A DNA stretch of 64,000 bases from positions 25,594 through 89,593 of the forward strand of contig JBQLZK010000025.1 in the NCBI GenBank assembly GCA_052168235.1. The letters are read 5' to 3'. The notes beneath the pieces are model-generated. The model had not been told where the DNA came from and did not search any database. It saw only the letters and a program-made list of their open reading frames with translations. A program made the translations under genes and the position numbers. Shown here one piece after another: positions 54,619-64,000 of this stretch (positions are counted from its first letter, which is position 1; each line of letters opens with the position of its first letter). Source of the DNA: Thainema sp. GTDB lineage: Bacteria > Cyanobacteriota > Cyanobacteriia > Phormidesmidales > Phormidesmidaceae.

Positions 54619-55854
54619 TTGGTGTTTGATGCTTTAGTCGTTGGCTCTGGACCTGCAGGACTGGCGATTGCCGCCGCGCTGTGTGATGAAGGGTTGAACG
54701 TTGCAGGTTTAGCGCCCGTTCCGCCTCCGGTTGAATGGTCAAATACCTATGGAATTTGGTGCGATGAATTAGAGCCGCTGAACTTGACGCATCTTTTGAG
54801 CCACCGTTGGCAAAACACCGTGGCTTATACTTCTCAACAAGAAATTGCCCTGCAGCGGGACTATGGTTTATTCGATAACACCCAACTGCAAAACTATTTT
54901 TTGGAACGCTGCGATCGCGGCCAGATGGTGTGGTATCAGGGGACGGCTGCCACCGTGGATCATTTAGCCGATCATTCTGATGTCACAACCACAGCAGGAA
55001 CGGCTTTATCCGCCCGAATTGTGATCGATGCCAGTGGTCACAACCCCGCTCTGTTAAAAAGACCCAACAGCGATCGCATTGCTTACCAGGCAGCATACGG
55101 CGTTGTCGGCAGATTCTCGTCACCACCGATTGCGCCCCAACAGTTTGTCTTAATGGATTATCGGGCAGACCACCTGTCATCGGATGAGCGCAAAGCCCCA
55201 CCGACGTTCCTCTATGCTATGGATTTAGGAGATGGTGTCTTTTTTGTAGAAGAGACTTCATTGGCCAGCAGTCCGGCTGTGACATTTGAGGTGTTGCAGC
55301 AGCGGTTAGAGAAGCGGCTTGCCTTTCGGGGGGTGCAGGTAACAGAGGTGCAGCATGTTGAATACTGTTTGTTTCCCATGAATTTACCGTTACCGTCTTT
55401 CGATCAGGCAGTGGTGGGTTTTGGTGGAGCGGCGAGTATGGTGCATCCTGCCTCAGGTTATATGGTGGGTGCGTTGCTGCGACGTGCGCCTGGGGTCGCG
55501 AAGATGATCAGGCACGCGGTTGAAAATCCCACCGTGGCTCCCACGAGCATGGCTACATCTGCATGGCAAACGCTGTGGTCAAGCGATGAGACGCGTAAAC
55601 GCGCCCTCTATCTGTTTGGTCTAGAGAATTTGATGCGGTTTGATGAACAAACCCTACAGGCATTCTTTGCGTCCTTCTTTCATTTGCCGCGATCGCAGTG
55701 GGGCGCTTTTTTGGCCAATACGCTTTCTACCCCTGACCTGTTACAAGCGATGATGAACTTATTTGGTCACACCACCAATGACGTTCGGTGGAATTTAATC
55801 CGCTCTGCTTGGAGCGATCGGGCACTCCTGTGGCGGGCGTTGACCCTCCATTAG
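54619..55854 (+). CDS. crtL: CrtL-type lycopene cyclase
   Basis: DALVVGSGPAG, NTYGIWCDE, YQAAYG, LMDYR, PTFLYAMD, FVEETSL, GGAASMVHPASGY. Confidence 0.88.
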   Translation: MVFDALVVGSGPAGLAIAAALCDEGLNVAGLAPVPPPVEWSNTYGIWCDELEPLNLTHLLSHRWQNTVAYTSQQEIALQRDYGLFDNTQLQNYFLERCDRGQMVWYQGTAATVDHLADHSDVTTTAGTALSARIVIDASGHNPALLKRPNSDRIAYQAAYGVVGRFSSPPIAPQQFVLMDYRADHLSSDERKAPPTFLYAMDLGDGVFFVEETSLASSPAVTFEVLQQRLEKRLAFRGVQVTEVQHVEYCLFPMNLPLPSFDQAVVGFGGAASMVHPASGYMVGALLRRAPGVAKMIRHAVENPTVAPTSMATSAWQTLWSSDETRKRALYLFGLENLMRFDEQTLQAFFASFFHLPRSQWGAFLANTLSTPDLLQAMMNLFGHTTNDVRWNLIRSAWSDRALLWRALTLH

Positions 55855-55924
55855 TCGGAATTTGCTGCACCCCGAGTGCTTTGCCCAGTGTGTTTTGAGG
55901 AGTAGAAGAATTTTCAAAATTTCT

Positions 55925-57307
55925 CTACCCCTCATCTCTACTTTGATGGATTAACAGACTACTAGAGACCTGCATCCAGCTAGCAACCCGTAGTAACTCC
56001 AAATCCTTGCCCCAAGGGCCGACGAGTTGCACAGCTAATGGTAAACCACCATCGGTTTTGCCAGTTGGCAGACTCAATGCAGGTAGACCGCACAGTGTCC
56101 ATAGAGCGCAAAATATGGGCGATCCAGTACTAGTCAAGCCTTTTGGCGCTGCGCCCGTAGTCGCCAACGTTAGAATGGCATCGTATTCGTCAAAAACATT
56201 AGCTAGGCACTGACGATAGTGAACAACTGCATGGCGAGCCTGGGCATAATCAACGGCTGAGTATGAAAATCCTCGTTCAATCAGCTCTCGCATCTGAGGC
56301 GACATGCGATCGCAGTTTTGTTCATAGTCTGGCCCATGATTTGCGGCCAAACCACTACACATCAGTACCTGTACACAATCAAAATAAGCATCAAACTCGG
56401 ACGGTAGCTTGAGTGGCTCAACCGTTGCGCCTGCTGCGGTTAGCGCTTCAGCTTGGTTGTAGAGGTTGGACTGTGCGATCGCATCTGCCTGGAACCAGTT
56501 GGGATCTTGCAGCAGGGCAATTTTAGGTGGTTTGGCTAAATTAATAGTCTGGTTCCAGTTGGACTGTAGATTACCTCCCCAGCAGTCCGGATCGCGACTG
56601 TCCGACCCGGCTAAGACTTGATACAGCAGGGCTAAATCCTCAATGCCGCGAGCGAACCAGCCCACATGATCTAAGTCGCGGCTGACCGGCATAATACCAA
56701 CTCGCGATACGGTGCCAAAGGTTGGCTTAAAGCCAAATACACCACAGTAGGCAGCCGGACGGACGACGGATCCCATTGTTTGCGTTCCTAGTGCAAGTGG
56801 TACCATGTTGGCTGCGATCGCAGCCGCTGATCCGCTGGAACTGCCACCGGGAGTATGATCAGGATGATGCGGATTGGTCGTACGGGGCGCTTGAGCAGAG
56901 GCATATTCAGTGGTGGTGGTTTTGCCTAGGATGATTGCGCCAGCAGCCCGTAAACGCTCAACAACGGCAGCATCGTAACCAAACTGCTGTCTCGCGTGAA
57001 TCGGTGTGCCCCATTCGGTTGGCATATCGTATGTCGCCATAATGTCTTTAATCGCTACGGGAACACCCTGTAGCGGCAGCATCGTATTGCCCTTATCATC
57101 AGTTATTTGCTCGGCTATTTGTCTGTCCCGCTGTCGCGCTGCTGCCATGGCCCGATCGGCTTGAAGATATTGCCAAGCCTGTACCTGTGGTTCTTGCTGC
57201 TCGATCTGCTGCAAGCAGTCAGAAAGCAGATCTTGGACGCTAAGCTGACCGGATCGCAGTTGTGCGATCGCAGCTGTGGCGGTTAGAACATGCGGCGGAG
57301 TTGACAT
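55925..57307 (-). CDS. Amidase signature family protein
   Basis: GVPVAIKD (Lys), PGGSSSGSAA, GTQTMGSVVRPAAYCG. Confidence 0.92.
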   Translation of the reverse strand: MSTPPHVLTATAAIAQLRSGQLSVQDLLSDCLQQIEQQEPQVQAWQYLQADRAMAAARQRDRQIAEQITDDKGNTMLPLQGVPVAIKDIMATYDMPTEWGTPIHARQQFGYDAAVVERLRAAGAIILGKTTTTEYASAQAPRTTNPHHPDHTPGGSSSGSAAAIAANMVPLALGTQTMGSVVRPAAYCGVFGFKPTFGTVSRVGIMPVSRDLDHVGWFARGIEDLALLYQVLAGSDSRDPDCWGGNLQSNWNQTINLAKPPKIALLQDPNWFQADAIAQSNLYNQAEALTAAGATVEPLKLPSEFDAYFDCVQVLMCSGLAANHGPDYEQNCDRMSPQMRELIERGFSYSAVDYAQARHAVVHYRQCLANVFDEYDAILTLATTGAAPKGLTSTGSPIFCALWTLCGLPALSLPTGKTDGGLPLAVQLVGPWGKDLELLRVASWMQVSSSLLIHQSRDEG

Positions 57308-57407
57308 GGACTGAAGAAACTCTTTGAAACCCGGCTGCTTGATCAGTCTGACTATACCTTGAACTTAGACCGATGAGAAATTGGGCTGCTTGAGTCGAAA
57401 TGCTGCC

Positions 57408-58760
57408 TCAGTCCTGCTGATGGGCAAGCTTGCCCATGATATAGGTTGCTTCTACGGCTCGGTCATCGCCCATGATGATCAGCGAAAATGCCAGATCTGC
57501 CAATTCTGCTAATGATTGAGGATGAGGCCCGGAATTCCGGAATGCCATCAGCGGCGTTGCCTGAGGATTAAGCACAATAAAGTCAGCTTCCTTACCCACG
57601 TCAAAACTGCCAATCTTATCGTCCAGAGACAGCGCCCTCGCTCCACCTAAAGTCGCTAGAAATAGAGCCTTGAAGGGTGAAAGCTTTTGCCGCCTTAGCT
57701 GTGCAACTTTGTACGCTTCATTGGCCGTTTGCAAAATCGAAAAGCTGGTACCTGCCCCAACGTCAGTCCCTAAGCCCACTTTGACTGGATAGTCGGCAGA
57801 TTTTGCCTGCTCAATTTTGAAGAGACCGCTGCCCAGGAAGAGATTTGATGTTGGACAAAATGCGATCGCAGATTTTGCCTCTGATAATCGCTGAAATTCT
57901 GCATCCGTTAGCTGGACACCGTGAGCAAAGACAGACCGTTCTCCAACTAAGCCAGCGTGATCATAGACATCTAAATAACCTGCTCGTTCCGGAAATAGCT
58001 GTTTGACTAGGGCTACCTCGTCTACATTTTCAGACAGGTGAGTATGCAGATAAACGCCTGGAAACTCCTGCAGAAGCTTACCCGCGAGCTGTAGCTGCTC
58101 GTCGCTAGAGGTAACCGCAAATCGAGGAGTAACGGCATAGCTAAGCCGCCCAACCCCATGCCATTTCTCGATTAGCGCCTTTGACTCTTCATAGGAGGAT
58201 TGGGCCGTGTCGCAAATAAAATCAGGTGCATTGCGATCCATCATCACCTTGCCCGCAATCATCCGCAGATTGCGGCGGGCAGCTTCTTCAAAAAAAGCAT
58301 CGGCGGATTGGGGATAAACCGCTGCAAATACGAGTGCGGTGGTTGTACCATGCCGCAGCAGTTCATTTAGAAAAATATGAGCGACTTCCTGCGCATAATC
58401 GCGATCCTGAAACTGGCGCTCAGTGGGAAATGTGTACTGATTTAGCCACTCTAGAAGCTGTTCCCCATAAGCCGCAATCATGCCGGTCTGGGGAAAGTGG
58501 ATGTGGGTATCGATAAATCCCGGCAGCAGCAGTCGATTTGTGTATGTTACAGTCGGTAGCTCAGCATACTGTGGAGCTAAATCCTGATAGGAGCCAAAAT
58601 CCTGCACAATGCCGTCCCGTAGCACCAGCAACCCGTCTGGGATGTAGCGAACGCTGTCTGCTTCAGCAACAAAGAACGGATCGCCAACACAGTCTAAGAA
58701 TGAGCCGCGAATCGCGTTGAGACCAGAAGGCAAAGCATGATCCTGACTAGGGTTGGGCAT
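57408..58760 (-). CDS. guaD: Guanine deaminase
   Basis: PGFIDTHIHFPQ, LLEWLNQYTFP, TPRFA, HTHLSEN, CPTSNLFLGSG, GTDVGAG. Confidence 0.93.
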   Translation of the reverse strand: MPNPSQDHALPSGLNAIRGSFLDCVGDPFFVAEADSVRYIPDGLLVLRDGIVQDFGSYQDLAPQYAELPTVTYTNRLLLPGFIDTHIHFPQTGMIAAYGEQLLEWLNQYTFPTERQFQDRDYAQEVAHIFLNELLRHGTTTALVFAAVYPQSADAFFEEAARRNLRMIAGKVMMDRNAPDFICDTAQSSYEESKALIEKWHGVGRLSYAVTPRFAVTSSDEQLQLAGKLLQEFPGVYLHTHLSENVDEVALVKQLFPERAGYLDVYDHAGLVGERSVFAHGVQLTDAEFQRLSEAKSAIAFCPTSNLFLGSGLFKIEQAKSADYPVKVGLGTDVGAGTSFSILQTANEAYKVAQLRRQKLSPFKALFLATLGGARALSLDDKIGSFDVGKEADFIVLNPQATPLMAFRNSGPHPQSLAELADLAFSLIIMGDDRAVEATYIMGKLAHQQD

Positions 58761-58803
58761 AGGGGTATGAATTAAGGTTCAAAAGAACGAATGGATCGCG
58801 CGA

Positions 58804-58998
58804 TTAGGCTAGATTGCTTTCCACAAAGCTGCGTCCGGCAATCATAGCCGCATTGCTGGTTTCGTAGGTTCTGCGATCGCACAGCAAGTTTAGCTCCGGA
58901 TTGATAATCCAGCAGAGATAGCTATCTTTGCCACTGCGGCTCACGCCCACAATCCAACCGGGGTAGGCGGACAGTTGAACAATAGATTCGTTATTCAT
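58804..58998 (-). CDS. Small hypothetical protein (64 aa)
   Basis: AGGAG RBS before ATG at 58998; compact beta-beta-beta-alpha-like pattern. Confidence 0.6.
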   Translation of the reverse strand: MNNESIVQLSAYPGWIVGVSRSGKDSYLCWIINPELNLLCDRRTYETSNAAMIAGRSFVESNLA

Positions 58999-59088
58999 GG
59001 CTTTGGCTCCTATGAATTGGATGATACCGCTACAGCGGCACCCGCTTGATGAGTTGGTAGTGGTGCTTAAGTAAAGACTTATTGTGAA

Positions 59089-59193
59089 TAAGTAGGTTGG
59101 CATAAATAAACGCACTTAAAAACTCAGGGAAGTGCCCCTCCGGGGCGCTCCCCCGGGTTTTTGAATATGCATTTATTTATGTGCAGCTACTTA
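59089..59193. mobile_element. MITE-like element with TAAGTAG ends
   Basis: TAAGTAGGTTGGCATAAATAAACGCA / TGCATTTATTTATGTGCAGCTACTTA imperfect TIRs around a central hairpin. Confidence 0.75.
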
Positions 59194-59328
59194 AGCCTAT
59201 ACGATTAATACCTATTACTTTTGCGAACTACCATATTTTCTAATTTGCCGAAGACAATCTGTTCTGCAATCCCTATCAGGGGTTATTTTGCAGATGATAC
59301 TCTGCATGAACAGTATCTTCTGCCACTT

Positions 59329-60342
59329 ATGACTACACCGATTTCTAAAATCATTCTGGACACTGACCCTGGCGGTGACGATATTTTTGCGCTGCTTTGG
59401 CTGCTAAGTCTGGTACAGCAAGGCTTTGCTGAATTGGTGGCTGTGACTACAACTGCGGGAAATGTGTCTGCTCAGCAAACGTTTCTTAACGCCAGCCAAG
59501 TCTTGACTACTGTCGGGTTTCCCCACATTCCCGTGGGACGAGGTGCCACAGCGGCTCAAACGTCGGCTCAAACGTTGGTGCAGGCCGATGCCTCGCACAT
59601 TCACGGGTCAGACGGCATGGGCAACCTGTCAGCTAGCCTCAAGCCAGCGGCTCATGCCGTTAACCAGGCTCCCAGCTCAATCGACATATTAATTCACAAT
59701 TTGAATCAAGCTCCGGGCGAAATCACTCTGGTCGCCGTTGGCCCCTTAACAAACTTGGCTGCTGCCGAAGCAACCCAGCCTGGGGTGCTCCAGCAGGCGA
59801 AGGAAATTGTGATTATGGCGGGCGCGTTTGACTGTGCTGGAAATGTCACGCCTCAAGCCGAGTTTAACGTCTGGTTTAATCCGGCAGCGGTGCAGACGGT
59901 ATTGGAGGCGGCCAAAGATGTAGTAGTAATCCCCCTGGATGTGACGCGCCATCTGATTTTTACAGATGCGATGGCGGCACAGTTGACGCAGGCGAATGAA
60001 GGTGCGATCGCATCTTATATCCGTAATCTATGCCGCTTTCTGACCCAAACTAATCTTGCCTATCGCGAAACCGGAGGATGTCCTGGATTTCTTGTGCATG
60101 ATGCTGCAACGCTAGCCTACTTGTTTTATCCTCAAACGTTGCTGCTGCGTCGAGCCAAAGTACAAGTTGAGACGACTGGCGAATACACACACGGCCAAAC
60201 CATTATGGATCGCCGTTTTTCACCCCAAACAAATGCCAATGCTTGGGTGGCAATGCAGGTTGATGCCGTGAACTTACTCGCTAGTTTAATTGAGGATTTG
60301 AAGATACTAGTTGCACAGTCAGAAAATGGCCATTGCTTATGA
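59329..60342 (+). CDS. Inosine-uridine preferring nucleoside hydrolase family
   Basis: DTDPGGDD, HGSDGMG, GPLTNLA, AEFN, PLDVT, HD; ATG at 59329. Confidence 0.92.
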   Translation: MTTPISKIILDTDPGGDDIFALLWLLSLVQQGFAELVAVTTTAGNVSAQQTFLNASQVLTTVGFPHIPVGRGATAAQTSAQTLVQADASHIHGSDGMGNLSASLKPAAHAVNQAPSSIDILIHNLNQAPGEITLVAVGPLTNLAAAEATQPGVLQQAKEIVIMAGAFDCAGNVTPQAEFNVWFNPAAVQTVLEAAKDVVVIPLDVTRHLIFTDAMAAQLTQANEGAIASYIRNLCRFLTQTNLAYRETGGCPGFLVHDAATLAYLFYPQTLLLRRAKVQVETTGEYTHGQTIMDRRFSPQTNANAWVAMQVDAVNLLASLIEDLKILVAQSENGHCL

Positions 60343-60471
60343 CTCTTTTTTGTGACTCACTGATGATCAAAGCTATATCACGTGCATTTCTGCGATCGCA
60401 TTAATCTGCATCGGTCTAAACTATCCTTAAAATTAAACAGAAGGTAATGAAGGAACACGAGTTAGTCTGAC

Positions 60472-61164
60472 ATGCGCGTACTGGTCGTGGAAGATGATGC
60501 AGGGATTTCCAAATTTATTCATCAAGGTCTGCACGAAGCAGGATATGCTGTTGATCTGGCTTCTAATGGACGAGAAGGGCTAAACTACGCCGTTGCCGCT
60601 GAATACGATGTAATCGTACTTGATGTTTTACTTCCTGAATTGGATGGTCTTACTGTCTTGAAAGAGCTGCGGCAACTAGGATTGCAGACTCCTGTGTTGC
60701 TCTTAACAGCACGGGATAGCGTACAGGATCGGGTATTGGGACTAGATGCAGGGGCCGATGATTATCTGATTAAACCATTTGACTTCATTGAATTGCTGGC
60801 TCGACTACGGGCCTTATTAAGGCGTCCTCCTCTTCAGTCCGATGTGATCCTACAGGTAGGAAATCTAGAGATGGATACCGCCAAACGGTTTGTCAGTCGG
60901 GGTGGTCGGCTCATTGAACTCAGCCCGCGAGAATTTTCTCTGTTAGAGTATTTGATGCGTCACCCAGGCCAAGTTTTAAGCCGAACTCAAATTGCTCAAC
61001 ATGTCTGGAGCTTTGATTTCTATGGAGACTTCAAAGTAATTGATGTGTACATAGGCTACCTTCGGCGCAAAATTGATCGGAACGAACCTTTTTCTCTGAT
61101 ACAAACAGTTCGAGGTGTAGGCTATCGTATCAGTGCTGATGGCGGGGAGTCGCTATCTAATTAG
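60472..61164 (+). CDS. OmpR family response regulator (CusR-like)
   Basis: LVVEDD, LDVLLP, GADDYLIKPF, DVYIGYLRRK, TVRGVGY. Confidence 0.95.
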   Translation: MRVLVVEDDAGISKFIHQGLHEAGYAVDLASNGREGLNYAVAAEYDVIVLDVLLPELDGLTVLKELRQLGLQTPVLLLTARDSVQDRVLGLDAGADDYLIKPFDFIELLARLRALLRRPPLQSDVILQVGNLEMDTAKRFVSRGGRLIELSPREFSLLEYLMRHPGQVLSRTQIAQHVWSFDFYGDFKVIDVYIGYLRRKIDRNEPFSLIQTVRGVGYRISADGGESLSN

Positions 61165-61313
61165 TGACTTATTTTATTAACTTATTAAGGTGCTAAATAA
61201 AGCTATGCTCTCCCGTTAGGGAACTGTAAGCAAGGGTTAATAGGTCATTTAGTGCTTCTGGCTGAGTTGATCTTCCTGACCAGTATTTCCTCTTTTTTCA
61301 CGGTTTATCTAAG

Positions 61314-62717
61314 ATGAAGTCCCGTAAACCTTGGCAAAATTTGCGGATACGATTAGTTGCCTGGTATAGCTTGCTAGCAGGGCTTTCCATGCTAGCTTCA
61401 GATAGCTTCATTTATCTAGAGTTTCGTCAGACATTACTCAATCAGGTTGATAGTGCATTAGAAGTAACCGCCATTCAGGCGTTGAAGAACCTTGATGATG
61501 AAGTTGATGACTTAAAATTTGATCCCCGTCAAGAAGCTCCTGTTTTAGGATCATTGTTGAATGATGCAGGTGTCGAAATTTATTTGCTAGGGGAAGACGG
61601 CTCTGTGAAAGAGCATTTTGGTGACTCACTCACATTACCGACCCAGCCGGATCTAAAGCCTGGCTTCAAGACGCTCAATACCCAGAACGGGCGGTGGCGA
61701 ATTTACACCCAAGAGATATTACCGCTTAATGAAAGGCCCTCCGGATGGCTCAAAGTGGCCCGTTCTCTCCAACCTGTAGATACTACCTCAAATAATCTTC
61801 TGAATCTTCATCTCCTGAAGGTTCCACTGCTCCTCGGTATGGTTGGCTTGGGAGGAGCGTTTCTTGCTAATCGTGCTCTGAAGCCCATTGGCCAAATTAC
61901 TCGAATGGCAGAGCGGGTCAGAGTCAGTGGCGATCTAACTCAGCGTATTCATTATCAAGGCACAACCGATGATGAGTTGGAGCAGTTGGCAACTATTTTT
62001 GACGAGATGTTAGATTCGCTGCAAGCGACATTTGAGCATGAAAAGCGATTTACAGCCGATGTATCCCATGAGCTACGGACACCGCTTACAACCCTCAAAG
62101 GACGATTGCAATTAGCGCTTAGTCAACCGCGTACAGCAGGCGTATATGAGGAAACACTGCAAGCTATTGAACAGGAAGTTGATCGTCTGATTCGTCTCAG
62201 TAGCGATCTGTTATTGCTATCTCGTCTTGAACAGCATCACCAGGAAGTACAGCTTGAACCGATTGATCTGAGCGATTTACTGGCCGCAATCTCTGAACAG
62301 ATTCAACCACTGGCTGATCTTCAACATCTTCAGTTTTCCACTCAAGTTGTGCCCAATCTGCAAATTCAAGGTAGCCCGGATCAGCTGATTCGTCTATTTC
62401 TTAATCTGCTAGAAAATGCGGTGAAATATACACCTGCTTATGGCAAGGTCAGTTTGACGACAACTGATTGGGGGGCTTGCATTCAAATTAAGGTGAGTGA
62501 TACTGGGATGGGTATTTCGCAAGAGCATCTTCCTCATCTATTTGAGCGTTTTTATCGAGTGGAAAAGTCACGCTCCCGTACTGTTGGTGGATCGGGTTTG
62601 GGCCTAGCGATTGCTCAAGAAATTGTCCACCGTCATCAGGGAACCATCACAGTCCAAAGTCAGCTTGCACGGGGCACGACTTTTACGATTACGTTTCCTC
62701 AATACATCGCATCGTAA
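61314..62717 (+). CDS. HAMP sensor histidine kinase (CusS-like)
   Basis: LRIRLVAWY TM1, SHELRTPL, NLLENAVKY, DTGMGI, GGSGLGL. Confidence 0.95.
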   Translation: MKSRKPWQNLRIRLVAWYSLLAGLSMLASDSFIYLEFRQTLLNQVDSALEVTAIQALKNLDDEVDDLKFDPRQEAPVLGSLLNDAGVEIYLLGEDGSVKEHFGDSLTLPTQPDLKPGFKTLNTQNGRWRIYTQEILPLNERPSGWLKVARSLQPVDTTSNNLLNLHLLKVPLLLGMVGLGGAFLANRALKPIGQITRMAERVRVSGDLTQRIHYQGTTDDELEQLATIFDEMLDSLQATFEHEKRFTADVSHELRTPLTTLKGRLQLALSQPRTAGVYEETLQAIEQEVDRLIRLSSDLLLLSRLEQHHQEVQLEPIDLSDLLAAISEQIQPLADLQHLQFSTQVVPNLQIQGSPDQLIRLFLNLLENAVKYTPAYGKVSLTTTDWGACIQIKVSDTGMGISQEHLPHLFERFYRVEKSRSRTVGGSGLGLAIAQEIVHRHQGTITVQSQLARGTTFTITFPQYIAS

Positions 62718-62722
62718 GAGCT

Positions 62723-62751
62723 TTCTTACCATTTTCCTACCGTTGTCTAAC
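62723..62751 (+). promoter_or_regulatory. Possible OmpR-type direct-repeat site
   Basis: TTCTTACC / TTCCTACC / TGTCTAAC at about 11-bp period upstream of the OB-fold gene. Confidence 0.4.
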
Positions 62752-62907
62752 TACCTGACTTCTAGACTGGGTTCAGTTTACCGATACAGGCTGACAGATG
62801 AATTGAATGACTGCCTGTTTCCATATATTGCTTTGAAGCAATGTCATAAGACATGTTGTTCTATCCATCCGTCATGCAATAGACGCAGCAAATTGAGGGT
62901 TATCTGA

Positions 62908-63219
62908 ATGAAATTATTCACAACAGCATTAATGATCGCAAGTGGTTTAGTTGCGGTGAATGTGATGTCAAATGCCCACGCGCAGCAAAGCCGCTCTTTC
63001 AGCGGAACGGTGGAGCGTGTTTGGGAAGATGGCTTTCGGTTGAATGCAGGCAATCGTATTCTGCGAATTGATTCCTGGGATCTTTGCGGCGACTTTACAG
63101 CAAGTTATATCAGCGCGGGCGATCAACTGACGGTAACAGGTGAATTTGAAGGACGTGAATTTGATGCCTTTTCCATCACTAACTCTGATGGAACTGCAAC
63201 TTGTGGCCAGAATGACTGA
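62908..63219 (+). CDS. Exported OB-fold protein (BOF/YgiW-like)
   Basis: Signal peptide ending AHA; GTVERV..DGF.L..G, GDQLTVTGEFE..EFDA..I. Confidence 0.75.
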   Translation: MKLFTTALMIASGLVAVNVMSNAHAQQSRSFSGTVERVWEDGFRLNAGNRILRIDSWDLCGDFTASYISAGDQLTVTGEFEGREFDAFSITNSDGTATCGQND

Positions 63220-63454
63220 TCAACAATAAAACGCGTAGCCAGCCGATCTAGAGACCGCTGGGCATGATAAACGATAAGTTATCAATACCAGCGACCTCTA
63301 GATCACTACCCGTCGCCACCCTCTACGACGGTCAGCAGTTCCTGGTAGAGCAGTACAGCCTAGGAATGATAACGAGTTTGCACCTGGTTGATACTCGCCA
63401 TACACCGATTACGGGTGTCCAGGTTTTGGCGATGGGAGCCTCCGAGTTTGATAA

Positions 63455-63575
63455 CTAGTATCCTGTGGCGGGAGTTTCTCTACCCTTTTGAAGGACTCCA
63501 CCTTGAACCGCAAACCCTATACTCTGCACCCTAGCCATCGCCGATAGTGGGTATATTTACGCCGCTCTCTACTAG
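63455..63575. mobile_element. CTAG-ended MITE-like element
   Basis: CTAGTATCCTGTGGCG ... CGCCGCTCTCTACTAG imperfect TIRs. Confidence 0.65.
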
Positions 63576-63653
63576 ATCTCTTGCATGAATCGAAAAACAC
63601 AACGTGATCACAGGGGCTTCAGCCTTCAAATTCTGGTTTGTGCAAGAGGTCTA
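63573..63653. mobile_element. TAGA...TCTA MITE-like element
   Basis: TAGATCTCTTGCATGAA ... TTTGTGCAAGAGGTCTA TIRs. Confidence 0.75.
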
Positions 63654-63694
63654 CTTGCCGCCCCTGCCTGCTGTCCCTATCGAAATCAATTGAT

Positions 63695-63789
63695 TAATAG
63701 ACTTTATTGGAAATAAAGTTTTTGGGGTTGGAAATTGTTTTGTAGCGCGGCGAAGCCGCGCTACAAAACAATTTCCGATAAAGTCTAAT
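63695..63789. mobile_element. 95-bp MITE-like element, copy 2
   Basis: Matches 24361-24455 except the hairpin loop (GAA vs TCC) and one TIR base. Confidence 0.85.
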
Positions 63790-63965
63790 GAAGAAATTGG
63801 GTCAGGTGAAAGTATCTTCGTAACGCCTTTACGCCAGAAGCTCTGAAGGCAGAGAATTATGCAATTTAATTTTTTGGCGAAATTGTTGCTGGTTCATGTT
63901 AGCGTAGGCAGCATGTGATCTATTTCAAAGATAATAAATTCAAAGATAAACCCCAACAGGGTTGA

Positions 63966-64000
63966 AAAGTAGAGTTTTCCCTCAGGGAAAACTCTACTTT
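63966..64000. repeat. Perfect inverted repeat (17-bp arms) at the window edge
   Basis: AAAGTAGAGTTTTCCCT-c-AGGGAAAACTCTACTTT. Confidence 0.8.

Larger units (their letters stand above)
63294..63854 (+). pseudogene. CHAT-domain gene remnant split by three miniature elements
   Basis: Fragments RSLPVATLYDGQQFLVEQYSLG...VLAMGASEFDN, LPPLPAVPIEIN (63655-63690) and YLRNAFTPEALK occur in CHAT domain order. Confidence 0.8.

Noticed and set aside
63264..63458. 64-aa ORF as an independent small protein
   Set aside because: It is a CHAT domain fragment whose stop codon is supplied by an inserted element
1..64000. CRISPR array, tRNA/rRNA, intact IS transposase or integrase
   Set aside because: No regularly spaced repeat-spacer units, no recognisable structural RNA and no ORF with transposase or integrase motifs; the CHAT genes have no cas neighbours

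Overview
64 kb of cyanobacterial chromosome, judged from dense HIP1 GCGATCGC sites, STRR-type tandem repeats and CHAT/DUF928/DUF1822 families; probably a filamentous Leptolyngbya-like strain (inference). It holds about 38 CDS and no rRNA, tRNA, CRISPR array or intact transposase. (i) 0-13 kb: mixed metabolic and stress genes (GNAT, homocysteine S-methyltransferase, DUF442, carotenoid isomerase-like oxidoreductase, Na+/H+ antiporter, YdeP-like molybdoenzyme, MocR regulator). (ii) 13-24 kb: a two-component system plus an APH-like kinase / ABC exporter / three-glycosyltransferase cluster of unknown product. (iii) 24.5-45 kb: the best candidate for a new system, a minus-strand run of sigma-like factor, DUF1822, CHAT-CHASE2 membrane protease, DUF928 and haemagglutinin-TPR-CHAT protein, divergent from a 2643-aa RTX protein. 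It looks like a caspase-like protease / anti-sigma signalling cascade. (iv) 45-60 kb: 5-oxoprolinase with an HTH plus ligand-binding-domain protein, P-type ATPase, internally deleted USP, CrtL-type cyclase, amidase, guanine deaminase and nucleoside hydrolase. (v) 60-64 kb: a second two-component system, an OB-fold protein, and a CHAT pseudogene split by three miniature elements. Intergenic space is full of REP-like palindromes and MITE-like elements, some nested. All family calls come from motif recognition by eye, not database searches.
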